The translations under genes and the position numbers were made by a program. Below the pieces are notes generated by a model. The model made no database searches. It was not told where the DNA came from and worked only from the letters and a program-made list of their open reading frames with translations. Below are positions 1 to 11,497 of a stretch of DNA of 64,000 nt, piece after piece. The stretch is from Hydrurus foetidus. Taxonomy: Eukaryota. The stretch spans positions 1-64,000 of the forward strand of contig UYFQ01000002.1 of assembly GCA_900617105.1 (NCBI GenBank). Reading direction: 5' to 3'. The stretch's first letter is position 1. Every line of letters begins with the position of its first letter.

Positions 1-227
1 CGCTCAGCACAAATCGGTTCAGATTCGAGTGCCTTAGGAGAGCTGTGCGATTGTGTGTTGATTTATCAGTAGCCGTTTGATGTCGCGCTTAAGCCAACCA
101 CAGCGTACTCTCATCGTGGAATAATCCACTGTAGAGAGTGTAGGTAACCAGCGCTTCCGGCGCATGATTTTCAGGGCATACAAGCACTCCATTTGATTGA
201 AATACAACTCATCTTGGGGAGCGGAAA

Positions 228-1118
228 TTGCGGGTAGACATATTTATCGAAGAAGTTCTTGCTCGTTGCGAAGCATTAAAGCGCGCTGGAATGTGGTTGC
301 CAGAGCCGCATATCCGGCCGAAAGCCTGGATCGCGAATTTCGACGACGGTGACAAAATCTTAGCCGCGCAATTGCTTGAGCGCTTCGTTTTTTACAATCA
401 ACAGCTCACCGATTCGCTATTGACGTCTTCTTTCTACAGTATTGCAGATGGCTTAAAGAAAGGGCCTACAGCTCCGTCTCGACAGCAGCTCCTTCAAGCG
501 CTCCCAAACGCCGTGTTTACTCCGGTTTTAGGCGAGACCCCAAATCCGACAGATTCCGGCAACTTAATGTGCCGACGGACACGTCAAGTATTGGGTGTTG
601 ATGGTGCGCAAATAATGGCAATGAACGAAGCACTCCAAGCGGCAGCTCGCGGCCGCCTCGTGGTTTTCGTGGACGACTTTATCGGCTCGGGCGACCAGTT
701 TCTCGCAACATGGCAAGACTGCACCTCTGGGACGTCTTTCAAGGCCATTCAGCAAACGGTCGGGTTTCCAGCGATTTACATCAGCCTAGTTGGAGCTGAA
801 TTTGGACTCGACAACATTGGTAGATGTGCACCTGCGGTAGCTGTGTGCGTTACCCACAAGCTTGACGACAGAGGGACCCTTTGGGGAATCAAAACATCCA
901 ACCCCACTCTTTACGATCAAATCAACGCATTGCTGCAAAAATATGTGTCTAGACTCACTCCACAAGAGCCGTATATGTTGAAGTCGGACTACTTAACTTA
1001 CGGGTATAAACGTAGAGGCCTCTTCTTCGCATTCGAACACTCTGTGCCAGATGCTACGTTGCCAATATTTTGGTGTCGCGGCACCAATAACTGGGAGCCT
1101 TTAATTGAGCGAACTTAA
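228..1118 (+). CDS. Phosphoribosyltransferase-like protein (conflict-system type PRTase)
   Basis: PRPP-binding loop VFVDDFIGSG; C-terminal GY...FEHSVPDATLPIFW...WEPL; TTG start. Confidence 0.75.
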   Translation: MRVDIFIEEVLARCEALKRAGMWLPEPHIRPKAWIANFDDGDKILAAQLLERFVFYNQQLTDSLLTSSFYSIADGLKKGPTAPSRQQLLQALPNAVFTPVLGETPNPTDSGNLMCRRTRQVLGVDGAQIMAMNEALQAAARGRLVVFVDDFIGSGDQFLATWQDCTSGTSFKAIQQTVGFPAIYISLVGAEFGLDNIGRCAPAVAVCVTHKLDDRGTLWGIKTSNPTLYDQINALLQKYVSRLTPQEPYMLKSDYLTYGYKRRGLFFAFEHSVPDATLPIFWCRGTNNWEPLIERT

Positions 1119-3000
1119 TTCCCAAGCCCATGCTGTAATTCTGCGACAGCTTTTTGGCGACAACAGAGCCGAATGGCCCGCCCTCAACTTTCGTGATTTA
1201 TTCGTCACGCCTACGTATTTGACAAAATTGGAGGCACGTCGCCCGTGCATTTTGGTTGGAGGGCGCGGGACAGGAAAAACCACGGCTCTGCAGTCATTGA
1301 AATTTGATTCTTGTCTCGAGCGACTGAAGACTGCCGGACAGTCATTTGGTGACCAAGAGTATTTGGGGTTTTTGATTCGAATTAACAAAAACCGAGTTCG
1401 TAGTTTTCACGGAAGAGACGAAACATTAGAGTGGGGTAAATATTTTTCCCACTACTTCAACCTTCTTGCGTGCGCAGAAATTGCTTCTCTCACCAATTGG
1501 TTGGAAGCGCAATCGGGTAAATCTTTTCCGGTTGAAGCTATTCATACTGTTGCCATCGACCTTGGTATCCTCGATTTTTCTGGAGATTCTATCGCGGAGC
1601 TGGGTAGCTCAATAAAGACGCAAATTTCAAAGTTGCAGCTAAAAGTTAACAACCCCCAAAGCTCACTTGAAATAGTTTTATCGATGGCCGAATCACCAAT
1701 ACGTGCATTTGTAGATGCGTTGGAAGAGCATGGACTCTCAGATGGGCGTGTCATATTTTGCTGTATTGATGAGTATGAGAATCTGTTGGACTATCAGCAA
1801 GCAATACTCAACACATACATAAAACATGCCGCACCACCACTCTCGTACAAGATTGGTGTTCGTAAGAATGGCCTCCGAAACCGCCAGACTCTAGACGGTC
1901 AGGATTTACTCAAGACTCCCGATGACTACTATGAGATTGAAATAGCTGATGAGGGCTTTGAGTATTTTGCCAAACAGGTGGCCGCCGTGCGACTTAAGGC
2001 GGCATGCGCAAGCGGCGTACCGGTCCCAGAAAGTCTTCCGGAATTTCTGCAAGATCTCAGCTTTTCGGAAGAAGCCGAACTCCTAGGCGCTGACCGTGTC
2101 GCGAAGATTGTTCTTCAGGAACTAAAGGGTTCAACGGCATTTGAATACTTTCAATCAAAGCCGGCACACGAAACGTATTTCTTGAAATATTGGCAGGCCA
2201 GCGAAGGCAGTTCGCTAGTCAATCTTGCGGACGATTGGATTGCCAACGAACGCGAATGGGGTGTCCGCCTTAATAACTACGGATATGCCAGTCTCTTCTG
2301 GTTATCCAATGGGAACAAAGGTGCCAGAATACGTAAGTACTACTGTGGTGCGCGGGTCTTCTTGGCATTGGCAAGCGGGAATATTCGCTATTTCCTAGAA
2401 CTAATTGATTGCGCTGTCATCCACGAATTATCAGAAAGCAAGGCCTTTCCTGTAGAGCTCCGCATATCTCCAAAGGCGCAGACGTTGGCAGCAAGAGAAG
2501 TTGGCGAACGACGGTTGAATCAGCTTGAAGGACTTGCTGATCACGGTGTCCAGTTAAAGCGGCTCGTTCTTGCGATTGGGAAAGTATTCTTCGAACTGGC
2601 GCGAGAACCATTAGGTAGGACACCTGAAGTAACTTCGTTCATCTTGTCTGGCAAAGCCGACGATATTTCAAAAATATCTAACATGCTGGGCGAGGGTGTA
2701 GGCCACTTGGCATTTGAGGTCGAACCAGCCACCAAACTAACGAGTCGAGCTGAAACTCGCGAAGATGAATATAGACTTCATCGTATCTTCAGCGCCTTTT
2801 TTGAAATTTCGCATCGCAAGAAAAGACGCATGACGTTTGATGCCCAGAATTTGATTGCTGTGCTTGGGGATCATCCAGGACGGGCTATTTCTTCAATGCT
2901 TGAGGGCAAGTTCCAAGTAGATGAAAAAGACCTTCCTGAGCAACTGGCGCTGTTCTTTGCTTTTTATGGTGACAACGAAGCAGGAGTAGATAAAAAATGA
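1105..3000 (+). CDS. ORC/CDC6-like (STAND-related) P-loop ATPase
   Basis: Walker A GGRGTGKT, Walker B IFCCIDEYEN, ASGNIRYFLEL motif; overlaps the upstream stop. Confidence 0.7.
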   Translation: MSELNSQAHAVILRQLFGDNRAEWPALNFRDLFVTPTYLTKLEARRPCILVGGRGTGKTTALQSLKFDSCLERLKTAGQSFGDQEYLGFLIRINKNRVRSFHGRDETLEWGKYFSHYFNLLACAEIASLTNWLEAQSGKSFPVEAIHTVAIDLGILDFSGDSIAELGSSIKTQISKLQLKVNNPQSSLEIVLSMAESPIRAFVDALEEHGLSDGRVIFCCIDEYENLLDYQQAILNTYIKHAAPPLSYKIGVRKNGLRNRQTLDGQDLLKTPDDYYEIEIADEGFEYFAKQVAAVRLKAACASGVPVPESLPEFLQDLSFSEEAELLGADRVAKIVLQELKGSTAFEYFQSKPAHETYFLKYWQASEGSSLVNLADDWIANEREWGVRLNNYGYASLFWLSNGNKGARIRKYYCGARVFLALASGNIRYFLELIDCAVIHELSESKAFPVELRISPKAQTLAAREVGERRLNQLEGLADHGVQLKRLVLAIGKVFFELAREPLGRTPEVTSFILSGKADDISKISNMLGEGVGHLAFEVEPATKLTSRAETREDEYRLHRIFSAFFEISHRKKRRMTFDAQNLIAVLGDHPGRAISSMLEGKFQVDEKDLPEQLALFFAFYGDNEAGVDKK

Positions 3001-3281
3001 AGATGCCGCCGGAGCACACTCTGCGGTTCGAGAGATTTAATGTGGCTGACCTCCACGCTGATGAGACTGTGATCTCAATTGATACTTCGCCCGAAGATCG
3101 CGGCAGAATACAGGCATGGGCTGAGCTGAAGCGCGCGGACGCAAACCGCTTAGTACTACTGCAAGACACAAGCCGCGACACGGTAACAGTGCTCAGTGTT
3201 GATGCGACAGACACAATACAGCTGACTGATGCTGCGCGGTTGGTCTCGCTGGTTAAGGGCGACAGAGTCCTTATGTATTGG

Positions 3282-4480
<1,199 letters not shown>

Positions 4481-5185
4481 TTATGCCATTTCGGTTTTAA
4501 CAACCTATTGAGCTGTCTGTTTTTATTAGACCACTACATTATTGATATCACAGCTCTTCCGCACCATGTTTGGGCTCCGGTATTCCAAGCGTATCTAAAG
4601 GCAGGCAAGCGGGTTCGCGTGCTCTATGTTGAGCCAGATGACTACAAGACTCATCCTTCTCCAGCATCAGCTAATCTTTTCGATTTGAGTATTTCTTTCG
4701 GCGGACTTTCGCCATTGCCGGGATTCGCCAAGCTCACGGGTCCAACCGACGATGAACCTGCGCTCTTTGTTGCGTTTCTTGGGTTTGAGGGAAATCGTGC
4801 TGAACGAATGCTTAATCAGCTAGAGCCGCCACCTAGAGTTATTCCAATAATTGGCGCGCCAGGCTTTCAAATCAACTATCCGGCTATTTCCGTCGCGTAC
4901 AATCGCGCCTTCCTTAGTGAATTTGATTGCAACGTCGATATTCGATTGGCAAAGGCAAGTTGCCCATTCGAAGCGTTTGATGCGCTCACCTCAATACGCC
5001 GAGACAATCCAGCGCACTACTTGTATATTGCCCCTGTCGGGACACGCCCCCATGCCTTAGGAGCGCTGCGGTACGCTATAGCTAACGAAGCCCATTGCGA
5101 AATTTTATTTGATCACCCAGTTCGAACCACCAACCGAACAAGTGGACAAGGTCTTATCCATGTATTCAGCTTTTAGCTCTGAAAT

Positions 5186-6304
5186 ATGACAACTGTGATC
5201 GATACGGATAGATACTACACACCGCGTACGGTGGCCAACAGGGCGCTTGAATGCGCACAGCTTACAAATAAACCAATTATTTGTGCCGACACCGCTTGCG
5301 GATTAGGGAGTCTACTTACTGCTGCAGAAGATGTATTGCAGGCGAAACACTGCTTAGGGATTGACAATGACCCAGATGTGATCCGGCAACTTCGCCGCGA
5401 GCGTCCAAATTGGCGCCTCTACGTCGGCGACCTCTTGAAGCGTCATCGCGCGCCGCCTACTGAATTTCCCGGTGCGGCCTATGGTGTTGATTTACTCGTA
5501 CTAAATCCACCGTTTAGCTTAGGCCCCAGAAAATACGTATCAGTTAAGTATCTGGGGCAATCGGTCAAATGCAGTGTCGCTATGGCTCACATCCTACGCA
5601 GCTTAGAGCTTTTTAGGCCAAATCACGGAGCGATTGCAGTTGTTCCCGAGTCGCTTCTCTACTCTGACATTGATCGGCATGCGCGGGAACTTCTTGATCA
5701 GGATTTTTCACTGTCCGAGTTACTTCAGCTCAGCATTTATACATTCAAGGGCGCGCGTGTCAACTCGTCATTCGTGCAATTCAGAACCCCGAAAGATAGA
5801 CCTAAAGTATCAACGACTGTTCCTACATTAGATGATCCAGTTCCTGCAACCATAGTACGTGGTGGTTTGCAGATGCACGCTTTCAGTCAAGTTGCATCTG
5901 GTGCGCGAGTAATTCATTCAACATCACTCAGGCCTATAGCAATTGAAGGTATCTCCGCCGCTAATATAAGAACGTCCGCAAACGCAAAGGGGCGGCTTTC
6001 TGGCTGGCTGTTGTTGTTACCACGGGTCGGCATGCCAAGCGCACAGGCGTTACGTTGCTTCTATTCAAAGAGTGAAGTGCAATTGTCCGACTGTGTAATC
6101 GGCATGCAATTCTCGAAAAAAGTCGATGCCCTCAGCGCTGAACGAAAAATACGAGCGAATTGGCAATCTCTCCTAAATTTGTATCGTGGAACCGGTGCGC
6201 GATACATCACAATTGACCGGTTGGTGGACTGGCTCTGTGGCGTTGGTGTGCATGATCGCGATGCAACAAACGAAATTAGCGGGCTCAAACTGACTAAGTT
6301 TTAA
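5186..6304 (+). CDS. N6-adenine DNA methyltransferase
   Basis: YYTP, ADTACGLGSLL (motif I), GIDND, LNPPF (motif IV). Confidence 0.8.
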   Translation: MTTVIDTDRYYTPRTVANRALECAQLTNKPIICADTACGLGSLLTAAEDVLQAKHCLGIDNDPDVIRQLRRERPNWRLYVGDLLKRHRAPPTEFPGAAYGVDLLVLNPPFSLGPRKYVSVKYLGQSVKCSVAMAHILRSLELFRPNHGAIAVVPESLLYSDIDRHARELLDQDFSLSELLQLSIYTFKGARVNSSFVQFRTPKDRPKVSTTVPTLDDPVPATIVRGGLQMHAFSQVASGARVIHSTSLRPIAIEGISAANIRTSANAKGRLSGWLLLLPRVGMPSAQALRCFYSKSEVQLSDCVIGMQFSKKVDALSAERKIRANWQSLLNLYRGTGARYITIDRLVDWLCGVGVHDRDATNEISGLKLTKF

Positions 6305-6390
6305 ATATTTTGAAAAACAATTGGGGGCAGACTTTAATTGTTTTCGTTTCAGGTGGATTTGGGCTGATTTTAAGACGCCGAATAGGCCTC

Positions 6391-6433
6391 TAGCCCAGTA
6401 ATTACGGGCGCAAGCAGCTCCTTAATTCATAGC
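6391..6433 (+). repeat. 43-bp dispersed palindromic repeat copy
   Basis: TAGCCCAGTAATTACGGGCGCAAGCAGCTCCTTAATTCATAGC. Confidence 0.85.
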
Positions 6434-6487
6434 TACCTAGAGTTAATCAGCGTCTAAACCCGATTGCCTCTACAACCCATCAAAAAA

Positions 6488-6829
6488 TCAAAGCACGGCC
6501 TCCAACCCCTTGCGCTTTAATAGATCAAGCAACTTCGACGACGGCCCGCTCGGGTGCTTTTCACCGCCCTCCCATTTACGCACCGTGGACAGGCTGGTGT
6601 TCAGTACCGCAGCCAGCACAGCCTGGCTTAGTTTGAGCTGGTCACGCAAGGCGCGGATTTTTTCACTGCTGTAGTCGGGCACGGGCGCCAGGCACAGTGC
6701 ATCGAACTTATGCATATTGCGCTTATGAATAAAGCCGAGGCGATGCAAGTCACTGGCGGTCTCGTGAACAGCTTCGAGAATGGGGCTTTTTGTTTTGGCT
6801 TTCACTTTCGGTTCAATCTTTTGTGTCAT
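6488..6829 (-). CDS. higA: HigA-like HTH antitoxin
   Basis: Cro/C1 HTH LSQAVLAAVLNTSLSTVRKWE...PSGPS; downstream of and overlapping the toxin. Confidence 0.8.
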   Translation of the reverse strand: MTQKIEPKVKAKTKSPILEAVHETASDLHRLGFIHKRNMHKFDALCLAPVPDYSSEKIRALRDQLKLSQAVLAAVLNTSLSTVRKWEGGEKHPSGPSSKLLDLLKRKGLEAVL

Positions 6830-7196
6830 GGCAGATTTCCTCTAATGTTGTGTCTTCAACGGCTTGGCTGAGTTCTTTGCCAGACAGAGCCAGCAAGTCA
6901 CTTGCAAGGGCTTGAAGTGCTTCCAGCTCGTCGGTAGAAATGTTGGCGCGGTCACTTTTCTCAAAACCAAAAACGAAAAACCAGCGACTGCCTTTGTTGG
7001 TGGCAATCAGTGTGCGAGCACCGCCGCGTTTGCCGCGGCCAGCAATACCGATGCGTTTTTTGACCACACCACCGCCCAGTTCAGCATCAATCAAGCCTTC
7101 ACCCATTTCTAGAACAGCGTCACAAAGCGCAGCATCGGTCAATTCTGTTTTGCGCATCCAGCGCTTGAAGTGACGGGTTTTGAAGACTCGTTTCAC
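6813..7196 (-). CDS. higB: RelE/ParE-family (HigB-like) toxin
   Basis: DAELGGGVVKKRI...GKRGGAR...FGFEKSDRANI. Confidence 0.8.
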   Translation of the reverse strand: MKRVFKTRHFKRWMRKTELTDAALCDAVLEMGEGLIDAELGGGVVKKRIGIAGRGKRGGARTLIATNKGSRWFFVFGFEKSDRANISTDELEALQALASDLLALSGKELSQAVEDTTLEEICHDTKD

Positions 7197-7208
7197 AAAC
7201 CAAATTAT

Positions 7209-7221
7209 GCCACTAAGTGGC
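7209..7221. promoter_or_regulatory. Probable TA operator palindrome
   Basis: GCCACT-A-AGTGGC just upstream of the toxin GTG start. Confidence 0.5.
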
Positions 7222-7270
7222 GCGTATTGAGTTCCGTTTTAATAACGCAGCTTTGCCAAGTTTTAACAAC

Positions 7271-7304
7271 AAAAAAGCCCCGTAACCTTGCGATTACGGG
7301 GCTT
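7271..7304 (-). terminator. Intrinsic terminator after tRNA-Asn
   Basis: GCCCCGTAA/TTACGGGGC stem with a T6 tail on the minus strand. Confidence 0.8.
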
Positions 7305-7311
7305 CAAAACT

Positions 7312-7387
7312 TGGCTCCTCGACCTGGGCTCGAACCAGGGACCTACGGATTAACAGTCCGGCGCTCTACCAACTGAGCTATCGAGGA
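7312..7387 (-). tRNA. tRNA-Asn (GTT)
   Basis: 76-nt cloverleaf, anticodon loop CTGTTAA, GGTTCGA T-loop, CCA end. Confidence 0.98.
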
Positions 7388-7449
7388 ATACAGCCTAAGA
7401 TTATAGCGTCCTAATTCATGCTATTTCTTTGCGCTGTATGCGCCCGCTG

Positions 7450-8244
7450 ATGAAAAAACCGCAACGCCGATTGCCATGGCTTGAGCCGCATGAGCCTTTT
7501 CCCGCCGCCAGCACTGCTTGGGGCTTGACTGACCCTGCGCCTGGCTTGCTGGCTGCCGGTGGGTCGCTTGACGTGCCGACGCTGATGGACGCGTATTCGC
7601 GCGGAATTTTTCCGTGGTTTAGTGAAGGCCAACCCGTGATGTGGTGGAGCCCCGACCCCCGAATGGTGCTGCAAACCGCGCGCTTCAGGCTGCACCGGTC
7701 GCTGCGCAAAACGCTTGAGCGCTTTACCCTTGATGCACGCTGCGAGATTCGTTTTGATTCAGCTTTTGCCGAGGTAATTGGCCACTGTGCCAGCAAGCCG
7801 CGGGGCGGTCAGCCGGGCACCTGGATTTTGCCCAACATGGTGGCGGCTTACACGCAGCTGCACGCGGCAGGGGCTGCGCACAGCATTGAAACCTGGGTAA
7901 ACGGCGAGCTGGTGGGCGGGCTGTATTGCGTCAACATTGGCGGTATGGTGTTTGGCGAATCGATGTTTGCGCACCAGACTGATGCGTCAAAAATTGCGTT
8001 GTGCGCGCTGCTGGCGTTTTGCCGGGCGCATGGCATTGCCATGATTGACTGCCAGCAAAACACCGCGCACTTGGCCAGCTTTGGCGCGCTTGAAATCAGC
8101 CGTGACGACTTTGCCGCCCATGTACGGCAAGCCATTGACCACACTGCGCCCGAATGGCAGTTCAAACCCATATACTGGCACGGAGTATTGGCTGCTAACA
8201 CCCACCAACTTCCTTCCTTAGACTCCATCACACCCCAGACGTGA
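7450..8244 (+). CDS. aat: Leucyl/phenylalanyl-tRNA-protein transferase
   Basis: [36 protein letters not shown]; start approximate. Confidence 0.95.
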   Translation: MKKPQRRLPWLEPHEPFPAASTAWGLTDPAPGLLAAGGSLDVPTLMDAYSRGIFPWFSEGQPVMWWSPDPRMVLQTARFRLHRSLRKTLERFTLDARCEIRFDSAFAEVIGHCASKPRGGQPGTWILPNMVAAYTQLHAAGAAHSIETWVNGELVGGLYCVNIGGMVFGESMFAHQTDASKIALCALLAFCRAHGIAMIDCQQNTAHLASFGALEISRDDFAAHVRQAIDHTAPEWQFKPIYWHGVLAANTHQLPSLDSITPQT

Positions 8245-8996
8245 CAGACCTTAAAGACCTGCCGCTGCAAATTTTGCAGTTTTACGCCACTGCCCCCTAC
8301 CCTTGCAGCTATTTGCCGGGCAAGCAGGCAAGAAGCCAAGTGGCCACGCCCAGCCATTTGATTCACAACGATGCCTATTCTGAATTGGTCAGCAACGGCT
8401 TTCGCCGCAGCGGTATGTTTACTTATCGCCCATATTGCGACGGCTGCAAGGCCTGCGTGCCGCTGCGCGTACCGGTGGCAACATTTAAGCCCAACAAAAG
8501 CCAGCGCCGTGCCTGGGCAGCACACCAAAATTTGACTGTGCGCGTGCTTAAGCTCGGGTTTGTTGAAGAGCATTACCAGCTGTACCTGCGCTACCAAAAC
8601 GGTCGCCACTCAGGTGGCGGCATGGACCACGACAGCGTTGACCAGTACACCCAGTTTTTGTTGCAAAGCCGGGTTAATTCGCGGCTGGTTGAGTTCCGAG
8701 ATTCAGTGCCCAACGCTGCCCCTGGCGATGTGGGCGCGTTAAAAATGGTGGCGATTTTGGATGTGCTGGAAGACGGCCTGTCTGCGGTGTACACCTTTTA
8801 TGAGCCCGATGCCACGGGCAGCAAGGCCAGCTACGGCAACTTTGGCGTGCTGTGGCAAATTGAGCAGGCCAAGCAGCTCAAGCTGCCGTATGTGTACCTG
8901 GGCTACTGGATAGAGCAAAGCCCCAAAATGAGCTACAAGGCCAGCTTTAAACCGCATCAGATTCGGGTTGACGACGACTGGACGAGCCCGCCGTAG
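8241..8996 (+). CDS. bpt: Asp/Glu leucyltransferase (arginyl-tRNA transferase-like)
   Basis: [25 protein letters not shown]...KMSYK. Confidence 0.92.
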   Translation: MTDLKDLPLQILQFYATAPYPCSYLPGKQARSQVATPSHLIHNDAYSELVSNGFRRSGMFTYRPYCDGCKACVPLRVPVATFKPNKSQRRAWAAHQNLTVRVLKLGFVEEHYQLYLRYQNGRHSGGGMDHDSVDQYTQFLLQSRVNSRLVEFRDSVPNAAPGDVGALKMVAILDVLEDGLSAVYTFYEPDATGSKASYGNFGVLWQIEQAKQLKLPYVYLGYWIEQSPKMSYKASFKPHQIRVDDDWTSPP

Positions 8997-9074
8997 TTAT
9001 CTGGCGGCGCTTCAGCAGACGACTTTTAATTTCACAGCGTAAAATTCAGGGCAATTCTCGTCCCTGATCGCGCC

Positions 9075-9854
9075 ATGAAAAACTCCGAAACTACCGCTCC
9101 CGCCAAGCCTGTTGTGCAGGTCATTGAGCGCATGTTTTCGCTACTCGACATTCTGGCCGACCGCGAAGAGGCGATGTCGCTCAAAGAAATCAGCGAAAAG
9201 TCTGGCCTGCACCCGTCCACTGCGCACCGCATTTTGAACGACCTGGCAACTGGCCGTTTTGTTGATCGCCCCGCAGCGGGCAACTACCGTCTGGGCATGC
9301 GCCTGCTGGAGCTGGGCAACCTGGTGAAAGCGCGGCTTAATGTGCGAGACGCAGCGCTGGCGCCTATGCGAGAGCTACACAAGCTCACGCAGCAGCCAGT
9401 TAACCTCAGCATGCGCCAAGGCGATGAAATCATTTATGTAGAGCGCGCTTACAGCGAGCGATCAGGCATGCAGGTGGTGCGCGCCATTGGCGGGCGGGCG
9501 CCACTGCATTTAACGTCGGTGGGCAAGTTGTTTTTGGCATTTGATGACCCGCAGCGCTTGCGCAGCTACGCCACGCGCACAGGCCTGTCGGGCCAAACAC
9601 GCAATTCAATTACGCAGCTGGTGGTGCTAGAACGCGAGTTGTCTAAAGCCCGGCAATACGGCATAGCGCGCGACAACGAGGAGCTTGAACTGGGCGTGCG
9701 TTGCATGGCCGCCGTGATTTACGACGACCAAAACCAATTGGTGGCGGGCTTGTCGATTTCAGCACCAGCTGACCGGCTGGAAGAGCACTGGCTGCCTAAG
9801 CTGCAGGCTGCGGCAAACGAAATATCAGCCGCTTTGGGTTACCGGGCCCGATAG
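9075..9854 (+). CDS. IclR-family regulator
   Basis: N-terminal HTH (STAHRIL); DNEELELGVRCMA. Confidence 0.92.
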   Translation: MKNSETTAPAKPVVQVIERMFSLLDILADREEAMSLKEISEKSGLHPSTAHRILNDLATGRFVDRPAAGNYRLGMRLLELGNLVKARLNVRDAALAPMRELHKLTQQPVNLSMRQGDEIIYVERAYSERSGMQVVRAIGGRAPLHLTSVGKLFLAFDDPQRLRSYATRTGLSGQTRNSITQLVVLERELSKARQYGIARDNEELELGVRCMAAVIYDDQNQLVAGLSISAPADRLEEHWLPKLQAAANEISAALGYRAR

Positions 9855-9892
9855 GCCCACTTTTCACTCAAAATAGGTGAAGTTTAGTGCTG

Positions 9893-9935
9893 TAGCCCAA
9901 TAAATAAGGGCGCGAGCAGCTACTTAAATTATAGC
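9893..9935 (+). repeat. 43-bp repeat copy containing the pbpG stop codon
   Basis: TAGCCCAATAAATAAGGGCGCGAGCAGCTACTTAAATTATAGC. Confidence 0.85.
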
Positions 9936-11104
9936 AAGCCAGCGGTTACAGGCTTGGCCGACACACCCACATTGACCTTGCGCTGTGCTGCCAGCGGATT
10001 GGCTTCTACCCAGCGGCGAACGCGCTCAGCATCACCCAAGCGGCTAAGCTTGCCGGCGGAATCTAAAAACACCATGATGAGTTTGCGGCCAGCAATTTTG
10101 GTTTGCATCACCAGACATTGCCCAGCTTCAGATATGTAGCCGGTTTTTTGCAGGCCGATGTCCCACTCCGGGTTTTTAATCAAGCGATTCGTGTTGTTGT
10201 ACTGCAGCGTGCGGCCATCCACAGCTACTTCGTAACCCTTCGATGTGGAAAGCTCGCGCAGCACCGGATCGGCGTGCGCAGCACCCACCAGCGCCGCCAG
10301 GTCTTGCGCGCTGGACTGGTTGCGACTCGACAAACCGGTAGGCTCAACATAGCGCGTATCGACCATGCCCAGCATTTTGGCTTTGGCGTTCATCAAGCTG
10401 ACAAAAGCCGCCATGCCGCCCGGGTAGGTGCGGCCCAAAGCGTGCGCAGCGCGGTTTTCGCTTGACATCAACGCCAGGTGCAACAGTTCGCCACGGGTCA
10501 GCGCGGTGCCTACTTTTAACCGTGAACGGCTGCCCTTTTCAGTGTCGACGTCGTCTTGCGTAACGGTGATGACTTCATCCATAGGCAGCTTGGCACCCGT
10601 CACGATAACGCCGGTCATCAGCTTGGTGAGTGACGCAATGGGCAACACGGCGTGGTCGTTTTTGCTGAACAGCACTTCGCGCGTGTCTTGGTCAATGACC
10701 AAGGCAACGCTGCTTTTTAGTTCCAACTCGTCAGGCGCGCCATGCAGGCCGGCGATTTGACCAAACGACAAACGCGGCGGCACTGCGGCAACGCGAATGA
10801 CTGATTTGCGTTTGATGCTGGTGACAACACGGCCGTTTTTGCGAACGCTGCTGCTCATCTTGGCGTCTTTTGACGGCTTGCCGCCTTTGACGATGGTTGC
10901 GGTTTTTACCGATTTAGCCGAGCGGACGGCTTTTGAGTTTTTGCTTGCACTGCTTACTTTTGCAGCGCTTGATTTAGTAACTGACTGTTTTTTGGCAGCA
11001 TCACGCTTGACGGCTGCGCTGCTGATTTGCGGCACCGCGAGAGCTACCGCCATCGTGATTAAAACGCCGAATTTAACGGCGCGTGCCAAACAGTAATCAA
11101 GCAT
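9929..11104 (-). CDS. pbpG: D-alanyl-D-alanine endopeptidase (PBP7)
   Basis: SLTK, SEN and KTG penicillin-binding motifs; start uncertain. Confidence 0.88.
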   Translation of the reverse strand: MLDYCLARAVKFGVLITMAVALAVPQISSAAVKRDAAKKQSVTKSSAAKVSSASKNSKAVRSAKSVKTATIVKGGKPSKDAKMSSSVRKNGRVVTSIKRKSVIRVAAVPPRLSFGQIAGLHGAPDELELKSSVALVIDQDTREVLFSKNDHAVLPIASLTKLMTGVIVTGAKLPMDEVITVTQDDVDTEKGSRSRLKVGTALTRGELLHLALMSSENRAAHALGRTYPGGMAAFVSLMNAKAKMLGMVDTRYVEPTGLSSRNQSSAQDLAALVGAAHADPVLRELSTSKGYEVAVDGRTLQYNNTNRLIKNPEWDIGLQKTGYISEAGQCLVMQTKIAGRKLIMVFLDSAGKLSRLGDAERVRRWVEANPLAAQRKVNVGVSAKPVTAGLL

Positions 11105-11497
11105 TGTGTTGAACCCCGCCAAAAGTCGCATTAAACAGCATGGTTGGAGTGTATACAAATTCAAAAAGTCACGCAATATCAATCGCTTGCATAACTTTCC
11201 TAAAAATTAGTTCATTAGTCGTCAAAAAACTGACTTTTATAGGGTTTCTGCCTCGCCAGCGGCATATTAAATCGCTAAGTCATTGAATTTAAACGACTAT
11301 TTTTATGGCCACTATCGGGACGCGCTAAGCGTTTTAATATTACCTTAGTCTTTGATTTTGCGTAACGGTGCGCTCGGTGCTCGAATTGATCGCAACGCGC
11401 AAGCGTTGCCACAAACTGAGCAGAAAACTGCATTTAGATCGCAAACAAGCTGTTACCTTGCTGGCTTGCAAAACTATTGCTGCTTGCCCGCAAAAAG

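Noticed and set aside
11105..11497. AT-rich pbpG-leuA intergenic region as an sRNA or small gene
   Set aside because: No convincing ORF or stable structure could be identified by eye.
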